Source of the DNA: Bacillota bacterium
GTDB lineage: Bacteria > Bacillota > Limnochordia > Darwinibacteriales > Darwinibacteriaceae
Direction of reading: 5' to 3'
DNA: 64,000 nucleotides
NCBI GenBank assembly: GCA_012518735.1
Contig: JAAYRO010000060.1
Coordinates: 23,312-87,311 of the forward strand
The notes beneath the pieces are model-generated. The model was not told the origin of the DNA. It ran no database searches and worked only from the letters and a program-made list of their open reading frames with translations. A program made the position numbers and the translations under genes. Positions 48,476 to 58,897 of this stretch are shown piece after piece. Position 1 is the first letter of the stretch. Every line of letters starts with the position of its first letter.

Positions 48476-49447
48476 CTAGAGGATGGCTAACAACCCAACA
48501 AGAGCAAAAACCAGAGCAATCAGCCAAAACCGAATCATGACTTTCGGTTCAGCCCAACCCAATAGTTCAAAATGATGATGAATAGGCGCCATTTGAAATA
48601 ACCTTTGCCCTTTAGTCAGCCGGAAATATACCACCTGCAGAATAACAGACACAGTTTCTATTACAAACAATCCACCAATGATGGGTAAAAAGAGGGAAGT
48701 CTTTGTAAGAACTGCCAAGGAGCCTAATGCTGCTCCTAGACCTAAAGATCCAGTATCGCCCATAAACACTTGTGCGGGAGGAGCGTTGAACCATGAAAAT
48801 CCCAAACAGGCCCCTCCTACGGATCCTGCAAAAACAGCCAGATCGATATGGCCCAGCAAGAAAGCAATAATACCGTATGCTGCAGCAGCTATGGCTGTGC
48901 TGCCCGCTGCTAACCCATCGAGACCGTCTGTTAAGTTCACTGCATTAGCAGTCCCTACCATGACCAGTACTGTAAAAACAATAAAGATCAGGGGGGGCAT
49001 CGATACGGTATTGCCGGAAAAAGGAATAATCAGCTCGGTTCCAATATCTGGCCTCGTGTAAGCGTATAACGCAACGAGCAGGGAAATTCCAATCTGCCCT
49101 ACTAACTTCTCTCGAGCCCGCAGACCAAGAGGTCTTTTAGCTACAATCTTGATAAGATCGTCCACAAAACCAATGACTCCAAATCCAAGAGTAGCAAACA
49201 AAGCAAGAGCCACATGATCACTAACTTGACGAACTAGGACTACGCCAATCGTTAATCCAAGAAGAATAATGATCCCACCCATGGATGGGGTCCCCGCCTT
49301 TTTATAATGAGTCTGTGGACCATCGCTGCGAATTTGCTGTCCGAATTTTAGACGCCGCAAGTACTGAATGGTTTTTGGACCAATCAAAAGGGTTATTCCA
49401 AAAGCAATAAGGGCACTAATCAAGGGTGCAAGTTCATTAGACATCAA
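48476..49447 (-). CDS. mraY: Phospho-N-acetylmuramoyl-pentapeptide transferase
   Basis: 323 aa polytopic protein with MraY signature motifs. Confidence 0.9.
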   Translation of the reverse strand: MMSNELAPLISALIAFGITLLIGPKTIQYLRRLKFGQQIRSDGPQTHYKKAGTPSMGGIIILLGLTIGVVLVRQVSDHVALALFATLGFGVIGFVDDLIKIVAKRPLGLRAREKLVGQIGISLLVALYAYTRPDIGTELIIPFSGNTVSMPPLIFIVFTVLVMVGTANAVNLTDGLDGLAAGSTAIAAAAYGIIAFLLGHIDLAVFAGSVGGACLGFSWFNAPPAQVFMGDTGSLGLGAALGSLAVLTKTSLFLPIIGGLFVIETVSVILQVVYFRLTKGQRLFQMAPIHHHFELLGWAEPKVMIRFWLIALVFALVGLLAIL

Positions 49448-50788
49448 CTAGTTCCTGCCTTTCATCAACTGCTCAACCACCCGTTCAAATTTCAGGCCGC
49501 GGGATGCTTTGACCAATACCAGATCTCCAGAGCCAACTGAAAATCCTGATTCGATAAACTCATCTACTGTTGCAAATACTTCCCCTTCTCCTGCCCCCTC
49601 CTGCATAACCTCACTATATGTTCCAATGAAGACAACTTTGTCACAACACTCACGAGCGTAGGCCCCAACCTCAGCATGAGCTTGAGGGGACATGGTGCCT
49701 AATTCTAACATATCTCCTAGAATAGCTATTCGCTCACCTTCACACTTCATGTGGGTTATGGTGTCAAGTGCAGCTCGAACAGAGGCAGGACTAGCGTTAT
49801 AAGCGTCATTAACTATTACGGCCCCTTCTGGATTACGCTGTACCTCTAGACGCATTGCACTTAGTGCTAAGTCTTCTAGGGCCTCAGCGCATGAGTCAAA
49901 GGGAATGTCGAACTCTAGACCAACCGAAATTGCAGCACATGCGTTCCAAACGTTGTGAACTCCTGCAACGGCTAACTTGACATCTCCTTCAATATCAGGA
50001 CCCTCAACATGAAACGTAGGACGCCCATCGACGTCCACATCAATCCCGCTCGCAACCACATCATTTGTAGGATCTAGACCGTAGTAAACAGCTGTACCAG
50101 GAAAACTCCGAGCCTGCCCTCTTACAGAAGGATCGTCACCATTTAATACTGCCACACCCTCTTGACCCAGAGCTTCTAGAAGCTCTCCTTTTGCCTTGGC
50201 AATATTGCCCATACTCCCCAACAACTCGAGATGGACAGGACCGATATTGGTTATGACTCCCACTGTAGGCGGGCAGATTGACGCCAAATGACTAATTTGC
50301 CCCAATCCCCGCATTCCCATCTCAACAACGAGAACATCATGGTGATCGTCCAAACCTAAAATAGTCAAGGGCAGTCCAATCTCGTTGTTATAATTACCGC
50401 TTGTATTATGCACTGAGAACTTTGACCGAAGAATTTGAGCAATCATGTCTTTTGTCGATGTTTTTCCATTACTGCCAGTTACGGCTACAACCGGTATGGA
50501 GAACTGCTCGAGATAGGCTTTGGCCAAGTTTTGTAGTCCCTCTAGTGGACACTCTACTTCAATAATGCCTGGACCAGAATAGGTTCCTTCTCGAACTAAA
50601 GCATACCCTCCGAGTTTGAGCACATCAGGCACAAACTCATGACCATCCACATTTTCACCTTCCAGCGCTACAAAAAGACTACCAGCTTTCGCTGTTCGAC
50701 TGTCGATTGTCACATGCTGCACACATCCGGAAGAACTGGTTGTTCCTCCTGCAAACTCTGCCACTTGCCGTAGTTTCAATGCTCGCAT
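49448..50788 (-). CDS. murF: UDP-N-acetylmuramoyl-tripeptide--D-alanyl-D-alanine ligase
   Basis: 446 aa Mur ligase (GSNGKTST). Confidence 0.85.
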   Translation of the reverse strand: MRALKLRQVAEFAGGTTSSSGCVQHVTIDSRTAKAGSLFVALEGENVDGHEFVPDVLKLGGYALVREGTYSGPGIIEVECPLEGLQNLAKAYLEQFSIPVVAVTGSNGKTSTKDMIAQILRSKFSVHNTSGNYNNEIGLPLTILGLDDHHDVLVVEMGMRGLGQISHLASICPPTVGVITNIGPVHLELLGSMGNIAKAKGELLEALGQEGVAVLNGDDPSVRGQARSFPGTAVYYGLDPTNDVVASGIDVDVDGRPTFHVEGPDIEGDVKLAVAGVHNVWNACAAISVGLEFDIPFDSCAEALEDLALSAMRLEVQRNPEGAVIVNDAYNASPASVRAALDTITHMKCEGERIAILGDMLELGTMSPQAHAEVGAYARECCDKVVFIGTYSEVMQEGAGEGEVFATVDEFIESGFSVGSGDLVLVKASRGLKFERVVEQLMKGRN

Positions 50789-52297
50789 TTACAATTTCAG
50801 CTCCTTTATAGCTGCAATAACTTCCTCCCGATCATCAAAATGAACTCTTGTATCAGCAAACTCTTGATAGGTTTCATGCCCCTTACCTGCAATCAGTACG
50901 ATATCGGTATTGTCTGCATGGGCAACAGCGTGCTTGATTGCTTCACGCCGATCGGTAATAATCTTATAACTACCATTAGGTCTAGCAGCCAAAAAACCAC
51001 GCTCAATATCACGGCAAATAGAAATAGGGTCTTCCGATCGTGGGTTATCCGATGTGATAATAGTCACATCAGCCAACTCAGCAGCCACCCTGCCCATCAA
51101 AGGTCGTTTTCCCTTATCTCTATCACCACCAGCGCCAAATACCAGCACAATTCGTCCATTAGTTAACTGCCTAGCCGTTTTGAGAATATTCTCCAAACCA
51201 TCAGGGGTGTGAGCATAATCCACAATGACTCCTAATCCATATTCATTATCTATGGTTTCAAAACGCCCTGGTACACTTACAACCGCCTCTAACCCTCTCT
51301 TTATTATATCAAGACTTGCGCCTTCAACAAGGCAAGCCCCAACTGCGGCTAGAGAATTATACACATTAAAATGACCCGTTAGGTGCAGGTCTATTTCCTG
51401 TTCACCGTAGGGGCTTATAAGCAAGTATTTAACACCTGTACTGGACACACGTATATGACAAGCCCTCACTTGGGCCGGCTGCTCCACTCCATAGCTTATA
51501 ATAGGAGCACGACTTTGTGCCGCCATATCCAGACCATAGTCATCATCGAAATTAATAACAGCCATATCAGTTAATGTACTAAATAACTTTGCTTTAGCTG
51601 CAAAATAATCGGCAAATGTGGTGTGAAAATCCAAATGGTCCTGGGTAAGATTGGTAAAAACACCTATATCAAAGACCAAACCTGCTGTTCGATGCAGTTC
51701 TAGAGCATGTGATGAGACTTCCATTACCACATATTCTATACCCGCTTCTACCATCTCTGCTAACAGCCGCTGTAGATCAAGGGACTCAGGCGTGGTGCGG
51801 GTGGCCGCAAACGCTTCTTGCCCAATCACGGTCTGTATGGTTCCAATTAAGCCAACCTTGTACCCTGCTTCCTCTAAAATAGACTTAATTAAATAGGTAG
51901 TAGTGGTCTTACCATTTGTTCCAGTAACACCAATAATCCTAAGGTATTGGGCAGGATTTCCGAAAAACGCAGCCCCAATATGGCCCATACTGACGCGAGC
52001 ATCTGGCACTACAACTTGTGGAACACCCAGGTTTGGAACAACCCGTTCTACTACAACAGCTGCAGCACCCTTTGCCACAGCTTCGAAAAGGAAATCATGA
52101 CCATCAACCCTAAACCCCTTTACGGCTATGAATAAGCTTCCTTTTTTAACCAAGCGCGAATCATAAGTAATATCTTGAATTGGCACATCTTCTCCAACTA
52201 ATTCATATTCAATATTTCCTAGTAGCTCTAACAGCTGCACTACGATGCCCTCCCTACCTATCACTATTCCTGTCCTAAGGCGAGAATTCCACTTCAA
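50789..52297 (-). CDS. murE: UDP-N-acetylmuramoyl-L-alanyl-D-glutamate--2,6-diaminopimelate ligase
   Basis: 502 aa Mur ligase (GTNGKTTT). Confidence 0.85.
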   Translation of the reverse strand: MKWNSRLRTGIVIGREGIVVQLLELLGNIEYELVGEDVPIQDITYDSRLVKKGSLFIAVKGFRVDGHDFLFEAVAKGAAAVVVERVVPNLGVPQVVVPDARVSMGHIGAAFFGNPAQYLRIIGVTGTNGKTTTTYLIKSILEEAGYKVGLIGTIQTVIGQEAFAATRTTPESLDLQRLLAEMVEAGIEYVVMEVSSHALELHRTAGLVFDIGVFTNLTQDHLDFHTTFADYFAAKAKLFSTLTDMAVINFDDDYGLDMAAQSRAPIISYGVEQPAQVRACHIRVSSTGVKYLLISPYGEQEIDLHLTGHFNVYNSLAAVGACLVEGASLDIIKRGLEAVVSVPGRFETIDNEYGLGVIVDYAHTPDGLENILKTARQLTNGRIVLVFGAGGDRDKGKRPLMGRVAAELADVTIITSDNPRSEDPISICRDIERGFLAARPNGSYKIITDRREAIKHAVAHADNTDIVLIAGKGHETYQEFADTRVHFDDREEVIAAIKELKL

Positions 52298-54314
52298 TTA
52301 CAGAACCGTAGGGAACCTTCGCACCTGCAGCAGGGGTTTGTTTTCTAGCCATTCCACTACCAATAATACGAATGTAGAGACCCTCTTCTGACAATATGCT
52401 TGAGGCATCCCGCATACTCTGACCTAAAACCGATGGAACCGACACCTCTTGAGCTATTTCCTCTTCATAAAAGTACAAACGAACGGTAGTCTGTGGCGGA
52501 ACACGAGTTCCAGGGTTAGGTACTTGATCCGATACTAGAGCCCCATCTCCTTCATAAGTCCACTGAAGGTTCTCATGGGCCAGCTTGGCTTGGGCCTCCA
52601 ATAGAGAAAAATTCCGCACATTCGGTACGACTGCCATAGATGTACGCTTAGATGCTTCCTTACGTCTTTCAACACCTAAGTAACTCAGGCTCTCTTCTAC
52701 AACAGTCTGAAAGACTGGAGCTGCATGAACGCCACCATACGGGTTCTTCGTCTCAGGATGATACAAAATAACCAACCCAGCTAAGACAGGATCATCCACT
52801 GGAGCGTACCCCACAAAGGAAGCAATTCGACCCTTACCATAGCCTCCGCCTTCCGGAACCTCTGCAGTGCCAGTCTTTCCTGCTACGTAATATCCTGCAA
52901 TATCGGCCCTACTTCCACCCCCATTGACTACTACAGAGCGAAGTAGTCTAGCCACTTGGCGTGCTGTTTCCACAGATATAACCTGACTTATTTCTTCAGG
53001 CACAGTTTGATCAATAAGCTTCCCCTGCTGATCTCGAATTTCCTTCACAAAATACGGTTTCATAAGAACCCCGTCATTTGCAACAGCTCCAATAGCAGCT
53101 AACAGCTGAATAGGTGTGACAGCAATTCCTTGACCAAACCCAATGTTCGCCCACCGAATAGTCTCCCCGTGTCGTACTTCACCAGGAGCAACTACTGTTC
53201 CGCTGCTTTCTCCAGGAAAGTCTACTCCCAAACGACTTCCAAAACCAAAACCACGAATATAGGGATAAAACCGTTCGGGACCCATTTCCACAGACAGCTG
53301 GGCAAACGTGATATTATCAGAGCTTTCTATTGCTTGCAGAAAATTAATATTCCCGCTGCCCCGTCCATCCCAGTTTCGTACTCTTCCACCTCCAACCTCC
53401 CAATAGGGTCCGCTGTAAAACTCTCTGTCTTGGGAGGTGATGCCTAAATCGAGTGCAGCCGAAGCAGTAACAAACTTAAACGTTGAACCAGGTTCATACT
53501 GGTCCGTAATGGCAATGTTTCGTCTTGTCTCGAGGGAAAATTGGCTATAATTGTTAGGGTCAAACGTAGGATAGATGGCGTTAGCCAATATCTCACCTGT
53601 GCAGGGATCCATAATAAGAATTAGACCTCGCTCGCTCTCTGTAGACTCCACTGCTCGCTTTATCTCACTCTCAGCAATATGCTGGATTACCGTATCAAGG
53701 GTCAATACAAGATCATATCCATCCTGAGGTGGACTATATTGAGACATACCACCTGGAATGCTCCGTTGAGCAGCATCTCTTTCTAGAGCTAATTGACCCG
53801 GTACTCCCCGAAGAACTTCATCGTACTGATACTCTAAGCCTTCGAGACCCTGATTATCAATACCTGCAATCCCCAGAACATGGGCGGCCAGTGTCCCGTT
53901 AGGATAGTATCTCTGCGGTCGTTCTACTAATCGTATCCCAGAAAGATTCAACTGACGAATCTGCTCAGCAGCATCAGGAGAAAGTCCCCGCTCAAGCCAC
54001 ACACTTCTCTGACTGTCGGTGTTGAGAAGCATAGTAAGCTCTTCTTCAGATAAAGACAAATAAGGAGCCAATTTTTGCGCGGTTGCCGCCGGATCCGGAA
54101 TGCTTCCGGGGATAGCGTAAACTGCATCGGCTCCTATACTAATGGCAAGAGTCTTATAATTGCGGTCAAGAATACTCCCTCGTTGAGGATCAATTACTCG
54201 GGGGCGCATTCTTTGAGCTTGGGCCAATTCTGAGTAATGCTTACCTTTCCAAATCTGAAGGTACGCTAGTCGCCCTATCAAACCAAACATACATATGAAA
54301 AAAAAACACAACAA
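52275..54314 (-). CDS. Class B penicillin-binding protein (FtsI/SpoVD-like) with PASTA domains
   Basis: 679 aa. Dimerisation domain, transpeptidase motifs STFK, SSDN and KTGT, C-terminal PASTA repeats. Confidence 0.85.
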   Translation of the reverse strand: MLCFFFICMFGLIGRLAYLQIWKGKHYSELAQAQRMRPRVIDPQRGSILDRNYKTLAISIGADAVYAIPGSIPDPAATAQKLAPYLSLSEEELTMLLNTDSQRSVWLERGLSPDAAEQIRQLNLSGIRLVERPQRYYPNGTLAAHVLGIAGIDNQGLEGLEYQYDEVLRGVPGQLALERDAAQRSIPGGMSQYSPPQDGYDLVLTLDTVIQHIAESEIKRAVESTESERGLILIMDPCTGEILANAIYPTFDPNNYSQFSLETRRNIAITDQYEPGSTFKFVTASAALDLGITSQDREFYSGPYWEVGGGRVRNWDGRGSGNINFLQAIESSDNITFAQLSVEMGPERFYPYIRGFGFGSRLGVDFPGESSGTVVAPGEVRHGETIRWANIGFGQGIAVTPIQLLAAIGAVANDGVLMKPYFVKEIRDQQGKLIDQTVPEEISQVISVETARQVARLLRSVVVNGGGSRADIAGYYVAGKTGTAEVPEGGGYGKGRIASFVGYAPVDDPVLAGLVILYHPETKNPYGGVHAAPVFQTVVEESLSYLGVERRKEASKRTSMAVVPNVRNFSLLEAQAKLAHENLQWTYEGDGALVSDQVPNPGTRVPPQTTVRLYFYEEEIAQEVSVPSVLGQSMRDASSILSEEGLYIRIIGSGMARKQTPAAGAKVPYGSVIEVEFSP

Positions 54315-54342
54315 AAATACGGAACGAACTGCAACTGTTCGT

Positions 54343-54843
54343 CTAACGTCGTAACGTGCCAGCTTCTACTCCCCCTAATGGAAGAATCTTATTCAGCCAT
54401 CCGGCCAAAGCAGCAAATACTCCCCATTCATCCTCAGGTGTATCCTCGATCCACCTACCCTGTGCCTGCTGATGCGGAGACGCGCTAGGATTCACTACAA
54501 GACTCGACGATACATCAGGATCAATCATACCTAATTCGGTACGAGCAATATATTCGATCTTCTGAAGCGATCGAGCCGATTCTAAGTTTACCCTTAAGTG
54601 ATCATTTCGCTGTTGAGCCGTTTTTACCTGCTGCTCCAACTCAGCCAATTTCAGGCTTAGATACATTGTTTGAACCTGTTGGTTGAGATAAAAAATGCAC
54701 GTAACAACAAACAGGACAGCTAGGAGACAGATCTTGATCGTAGCCGGCATCCTTTTCTTGCGCGTTTTGCGCCGTGGATTCTGTACAGGAACAGCTGCCC
54801 CATCATAATAGTCTGTACTTGACAGCTTTCTTGCTGGTACCAT
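54343..54843 (-). CDS. Cell division protein FtsL-like (septum formation initiator)
   Basis: 166 aa. Basic N-terminus, single TM and coiled coil. Canonical position between rsmH and the PBP gene. Confidence 0.55.
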   Translation of the reverse strand: MVPARKLSSTDYYDGAAVPVQNPRRKTRKKRMPATIKICLLAVLFVVTCIFYLNQQVQTMYLSLKLAELEQQVKTAQQRNDHLRVNLESARSLQKIEYIARTELGMIDPDVSSSLVVNPSASPHQQAQGRWIEDTPEDEWGVFAALAGWLNKILPLGGVEAGTLRR

Positions 54844-54856
54844 TCATTTACCCTCC

Positions 54857-55798
54857 CTACAGTTTCTCCACTACTCTGAGCTTTGCGCTGCGTGCTCGAG
54901 GATTCTTCTCAAGCTCAGCGTGGGAAGCTGTTATCGGTTTTCGATTCACTAATCGAACAATCGCTTTCTGTCCACAGCCACACACTGGCAGTGATGGTGG
55001 ACAAATGCATTTCCCCAACAAATCATGAAAGTAACTCTTAACAATGCGATCTTCTAGGGAATGAAAGGAGATCACTGCCAGCCGTCCAGCTGGCTCCAAA
55101 ACGTCCACTGCCTGTTCTAGTGCATCCTGCAGCGCTCCCAATTCGTCATTCACAGCAATCCTTAACGCTTGAAATGTACGTCTCGCTGGATGAGGACCGC
55201 CTTGACGAGCACCTATCGGAATGGCATCCTTAATGACATCTACTAAATCTTGAGTGGTATTAATGGGCTCTACAGCTCGTTTTTCAACAATAAACTGACT
55301 GATCCTTGCAGCCCAATTCTCCTCTCCATATTGAGAAATAATTCGTGTTAACTCCTCTTTTGAATAAGTATTAACTATGGTCCAAGCATCTAGTGGATTC
55401 TGCGGATTCATCCGCATATCAAGTCGAGCTTCTTTATGGTAACTGAATCCCCGTTCTCCTTGATCAAGTTGTGGTGATGATACGCCAATATCCATCAAAA
55501 TTCCATCAACTCTAGAAATCTGCAGACCCGTTAGGATCTCCTTTAGGTTTCGAAAATTATCATGAACCAATATGATCTGCTCACCATAGCGCTGTAATCT
55601 ATACTTTGCCCGTTCAAGGGCCTCTGGATCCTGATCAATCCCGATTAATCGAATAGAAGGCTCCGCTGATAAGATCCCTAGGCTGTGCCCTGCTCCTCCC
55701 AGCGTACAGTCAACGTAGCATCCATTTGGAACTAAGTTGAGCGCTTCGATTGTCTCCCGTAGTAATACGGGTTCATGGGCAAATTCCAACTTAATCAC
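54857..55798 (-). CDS. rsmH: 16S rRNA (cytosine1402-N4)-methyltransferase RsmH (MraW)
   Basis: 313 aa, SAM-binding motifs. Confidence 0.9.
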   Translation of the reverse strand: MIKLEFAHEPVLLRETIEALNLVPNGCYVDCTLGGAGHSLGILSAEPSIRLIGIDQDPEALERAKYRLQRYGEQIILVHDNFRNLKEILTGLQISRVDGILMDIGVSSPQLDQGERGFSYHKEARLDMRMNPQNPLDAWTIVNTYSKEELTRIISQYGEENWAARISQFIVEKRAVEPINTTQDLVDVIKDAIPIGARQGGPHPARRTFQALRIAVNDELGALQDALEQAVDVLEPAGRLAVISFHSLEDRIVKSYFHDLLGKCICPPSLPVCGCGQKAIVRLVNRKPITASHAELEKNPRARSAKLRVVEKL

Positions 55799-55809
55799 CT
55801 CTAGTGGTA

Positions 55810-56241
55810 TTAAATTCCAAGCTCTACAATATTCTCAGCAATGTTCTCAAATGATTCCTCAGCCTGGTTCACATAGGATTCCCATTTCTCCTTGCTCCAT
55901 ATCTCCACTCGACTGGAAACCCCAATAACGACAGCGTCTTTTTCAATTTGAGCGTATTCCCGCAGATTCTGTGGAACATTGATTCTGCCCTGCTTGTCCA
56001 GTTCGCATTCTGTTGCCCCAGAAAAAAGGAATCGCACAAACTGCCGAGCATCGCTTTTGGTTAAGGGAAGAGTCTTTAATTTTCCTTCAAGAATTCCCCA
56101 TTCCTCTGCAGGAAATAAGAAGAGACAATTATCTAGGCCCCGAGTCATTACTGAACCTGTGCCCAGCTCGTCTCGGAACTTAGCAGGAATGATTAGACGC
56201 CCCTTGGCGTCCAAAGTGTGCTGATATTCGCCCATGAACAT
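55810..56241 (-). CDS. mraZ: Transcriptional regulator MraZ
   Basis: 143 aa, tandem MraZ repeats (DAKGRLIIP...DKQGRINVP). Confidence 0.9.
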   Translation of the reverse strand: MFMGEYQHTLDAKGRLIIPAKFRDELGTGSVMTRGLDNCLFLFPAEEWGILEGKLKTLPLTKSDARQFVRFLFSGATECELDKQGRINVPQNLREYAQIEKDAVVIGVSSRVEIWSKEKWESYVNQAEESFENIAENIVELGI

Positions 56242-56361
56242 TTTCCCACCACACCTTTCCTGCTAATTACACTCTCCCACTTTCCCCCACCTTCTACCAC
56301 TTTACTGTCCCTATTCTCCCGAAATAAAGAAACTCCTTCTTCTCAGTGTAATTTTTTCAAT

Positions 56362-56391
56362 AAAAAAACCCGGCTATTAAAAATAGCCAGG
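56362..56391 (-). terminator. Rho-independent terminator of rnpB
   Basis: cctggctatt-ttt-aatagccggg hairpin, followed by T7 on the minus strand. Confidence 0.55.
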
Positions 56392-56402
56392 CTGTTTATT
56401 TC

Positions 56403-56754
56403 GTTCTGAGTGAACCTGTAAGCCGAGTTCTGTCAAGGATGATCATCTATCTAGGGTCTTAGTTACCTAAAACCTCATGCGGTCAACCCGGAAGTAAAAC
56501 GAGACGAGCAGCCTCTGCTTCCCTATTTGACCTTGCTCCGGATGGGGTTTACCTAGCCGATTAGTCACCTAACCGCTGGTGAGCTCTTACCTCACCTTTT
56601 CAACCTTACCTATCTCTAGGCGGACTATTTCTGTGGCACTAGCCTTAGGGTTACCCCCACTGGGCGTTACCCAGCATCCTGCTCTATGGAGCTCGGACTT
56701 TCCTCAAGAAGACTCGGTAGAGTCTTCCCGCGATCACCTGGTTCACTCAGGAAC
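56403..56754 (-). ncRNA. rnpB: RNase P RNA, bacterial type A
   Basis: Minus-strand sequence contains GAGGAAAGTCCGAGCTCCATAGAGCAGG and GGGTAACGCC (P4 and surroundings). It also has GGTAAGGTTGAAAAGGTGAGGTAAGAGCTCACC, GGTAAACCCCATCCGGAGCAAGGTCAAATAGGGAAG and CCCTAGATAGATGA...GACAGAACTCGGCTTACAGG, which run parallel to the E. coli M1 RNA. The P1 stem pairs GTTCCTGAGTGAACC with GGTTCACTCAGAAC. Ends are approximate. Confidence 0.85.
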
Positions 56755-56757
56755 CTC

Positions 56758-56785
56758 ATTATAACACATTGACGTGAATTTTCAA
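56758..56785 (-). promoter_or_regulatory. Sigma-A type promoter of rnpB
   Basis: Minus strand: TTGAAA, 16-nt spacer, TATAAT, immediately upstream of the RNase P RNA 5' end. Confidence 0.5.
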
Positions 56786-57564
56786 CTACTGCAAAACGGG
56801 TCCCTACCCAAGTGTTGTATGATGGTCACTCCATCACCCAATTCATCTTGCAGATAACGGCCCACTTTACCTACCATGATTTGTTCTGTTCCGAAGTGAC
56901 CTGCATCAATTACATTTACGCCCAATTCTAAAGCGTCAAGGGCATCATGATAGGATACATCACCTGTAATAAGTACTTCTGCACCACTTGCGTATGCGTC
57001 TCTCACAAGGTTACCGCCAGATCCGCCACAGACAGCAACTTTCTTCACTTCCTGAGTTGGATTGCCTACAATACGGACGGAGTAATTCCAACGCTCCTCT
57101 ATTAATTCTGCAATGGAACGGATAGACTGAGGGGAAATGAATCCTACTCTACCTAATCCGGTACCTGTCGTTTCTGCAGGGACAAGAATCGCCACATCCT
57201 CTAATCCCAAATCCTCCGCTAACCAATGGTTTAGACCTAAGGATGCTTGATCAAGATTTGTGTGACTTACATATAAAGCAGTATCATTCTTTAGCAGACT
57301 CTCAATTATCCTTCCCTGGGGCTGATCCGTTCGTATGCTGTGCAGTGGACGAAATATTAAAGGATGATGAGAAATAACTAAGTCCACACCTTTCGAGACA
57401 GCTTTTTCAGCCACGTCCTCTGTAACAGTTAAGGTTACTAAAATCGTTTGGACATCTCGTTCTAAACTGCCAAGCTGTAAACCTACATTATCCCAATCTA
57501 ATGCCAGATCGAGGGCAGCTAATCGTTCCATAATCTCACAGCAATCTTGAACAGTATAGACCAT
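56782..57564 (-). CDS. Nif3-family dinuclear metal centre protein (YqfO-like)
   Basis: Roughly 260 aa. Start at MVYTVQDCCEIMERL...; the longer track ORF would overlap the adjacent tRNA gene. Confidence 0.75.
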   Translation of the reverse strand: MVYTVQDCCEIMERLAALDLALDWDNVGLQLGSLERDVQTILVTLTVTEDVAEKAVSKGVDLVISHHPLIFRPLHSIRTDQPQGRIIESLLKNDTALYVSHTNLDQASLGLNHWLAEDLGLEDVAILVPAETTGTGLGRVGFISPQSIRSIAELIEERWNYSVRIVGNPTQEVKKVAVCGGSGGNLVRDAYASGAEVLITGDVSYHDALDALELGVNVIDAGHFGTEQIMVGKVGRYLQDELGDGVTIIQHLGRDPFCSS

Positions 57565-57631
57565 AGTTACTCCCCCTTCCGTAAAGTCAAGAAAACCACC
57601 AGTATATCCCAGACCGGTGGCGAATTGGCAA

Positions 57632-57707
<76 letters not shown>

Positions 57708-57720
57708 CTAGGGGTCCTGA

Positions 57721-57749
57721 CTACCCATTAATTATAAGGGAGCAGTCAG
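57721..57749 (-). promoter_or_regulatory. Consensus sigma-A promoter driving the tRNA(CAU) gene
   Basis: Minus strand: TTGACA, 17-nt spacer, TATAAT (perfect consensus hexamers), 13 nt upstream of the tRNA 5' end. Confidence 0.6.
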
Positions 57750-57766
57750 GTCATGTCAAGACCTGA

Positions 57767-58897
57767 TTACTGCTCCAGGAAATCTTTTAGCTTTTTGCTG
57801 CGGCTGGGATGCCTCAATTTACGAAGCGCCTTGGCCTCAATCTGACGAATGCGCTCACGAGTTACACCGAAAACTTGTCCAACCTCTTCCAGCGTACGAG
57901 GACGTCCATCATCTAAGCCAAATCGCAGCCTTAAGACCTGCTGTTCCCTTGGAGTAAGGGACTCTAAAACGGTAGAAAGCTGTTCTCGCAGCATGGTAAA
58001 GGATGCTGCTTCTGCAGGAGCCAACGCATCTTGGTCCTCAATAAAGTCTCCTAGATGACTATCCTCTTCTTCCCCAATTGGGGTCTCTAGAGAAACAGGC
58101 TCTTGTGCAATTTTCATTATCTCCCGCACTCGCTCAACAGGCATATCCATCTCTTCAGCAATTTCCTCTGGCAAAGGTGCACGCCCCAATTCCTGAAGAA
58201 GCTGTCGAGAAATCCTAGTCAATTTATTAATTGTCTCTACCATATGAACGGGAATACGAATTGTTCTAGCCTGATCGGCAATAGCTCGAGTTATTGCCTG
58301 CCGAATCCACCATGTCGCGTAGGTGCTGAATTTGAACCCTTTACGGTAATCGAATTTTTCTACCGCCTTAATCAAGCCCAAATTCCCTTCCTGAATCAAA
58401 TCTAGGAAGTGCATACCCCGTCCAACATAACGCTTGGCTATGCTTACAACTAAACGCAGATTAGCTTCTGCTAATTCCCGTTTCGCTTCTTCATCGCCCA
58501 TTTCGATTCGCTTAGCTATTTCAACTTCCTCCTCTGCTGTAAGCAGAGGAACTCGACCAATTTCTTTGAGGTACATTCGGACCGGATCATCAAGGCCCAC
58601 TCCCTCAGGGATTGAGAGATCGTCAGTTTCTTCCTCCTCTTTTTCCTCATCATCTTCTAGATCGTCATCATCACCAGAGTCTGGAATTACGTCAATACCC
58701 ATGACCGAAAAACTCTCATAAATCTCATCTATTTGCTCAGGAAGCAGCTCTACGTCCTGCAGACTATCCATGATTTCTCGATAAGTCAGCATTCCGCGTT
58801 TCTTTCCCCGTGCGATTAACTCATTAACAGCATCTATATTAATTGTTTCTTCTTTCTTGCTCAACCCAATACCCCCTTTCACGTGGGCCTCATTCAT
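57767..58897 (-). CDS. sigA: RNA polymerase primary sigma factor sigma-A
   Basis: Near-identical conserved blocks to Bacillus SigA: [74 protein letters not shown]. Start at MNEAHVKG with RBS; the track ORF is N-terminally extended. Confidence 0.95.
   Translation of the reverse strand: MNEAHVKGGIGLSKKEETINIDAVNELIARGKKRGMLTYREIMDSLQDVELLPEQIDEIYESFSVMGIDVIPDSGDDDDLEDDEEKEEEETDDLSIPEGVGLDDPVRMYLKEIGRVPLLTAEEEVEIAKRIEMGDEEAKRELAEANLRLVVSIAKRYVGRGMHFLDLIQEGNLGLIKAVEKFDYRKGFKFSTYATWWIRQAITRAIADQARTIRIPVHMVETINKLTRISRQLLQELGRAPLPEEIAEEMDMPVERVREIMKIAQEPVSLETPIGEEEDSHLGDFIEDQDALAPAEAASFTMLREQLSTVLESLTPREQQVLRLRFGLDDGRPRTLEEVGQVFGVTRERIRQIEAKALRKLRHPSRSKKLKDFLEQ

Noticed and set aside
56579-56764. 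61-aa plus-strand ORF
   Set aside because: It falls inside the RNase P RNA gene, on the opposite strand. The region is explained by rnpB.
57731-57766. Imperfect inverted repeat initially read as a sigA terminator
   Set aside because: On the minus strand it is not followed by a U-run. The same bases form a perfect TTGACA-17-TATAAT promoter for the downstream tRNA, which is the better explanation.
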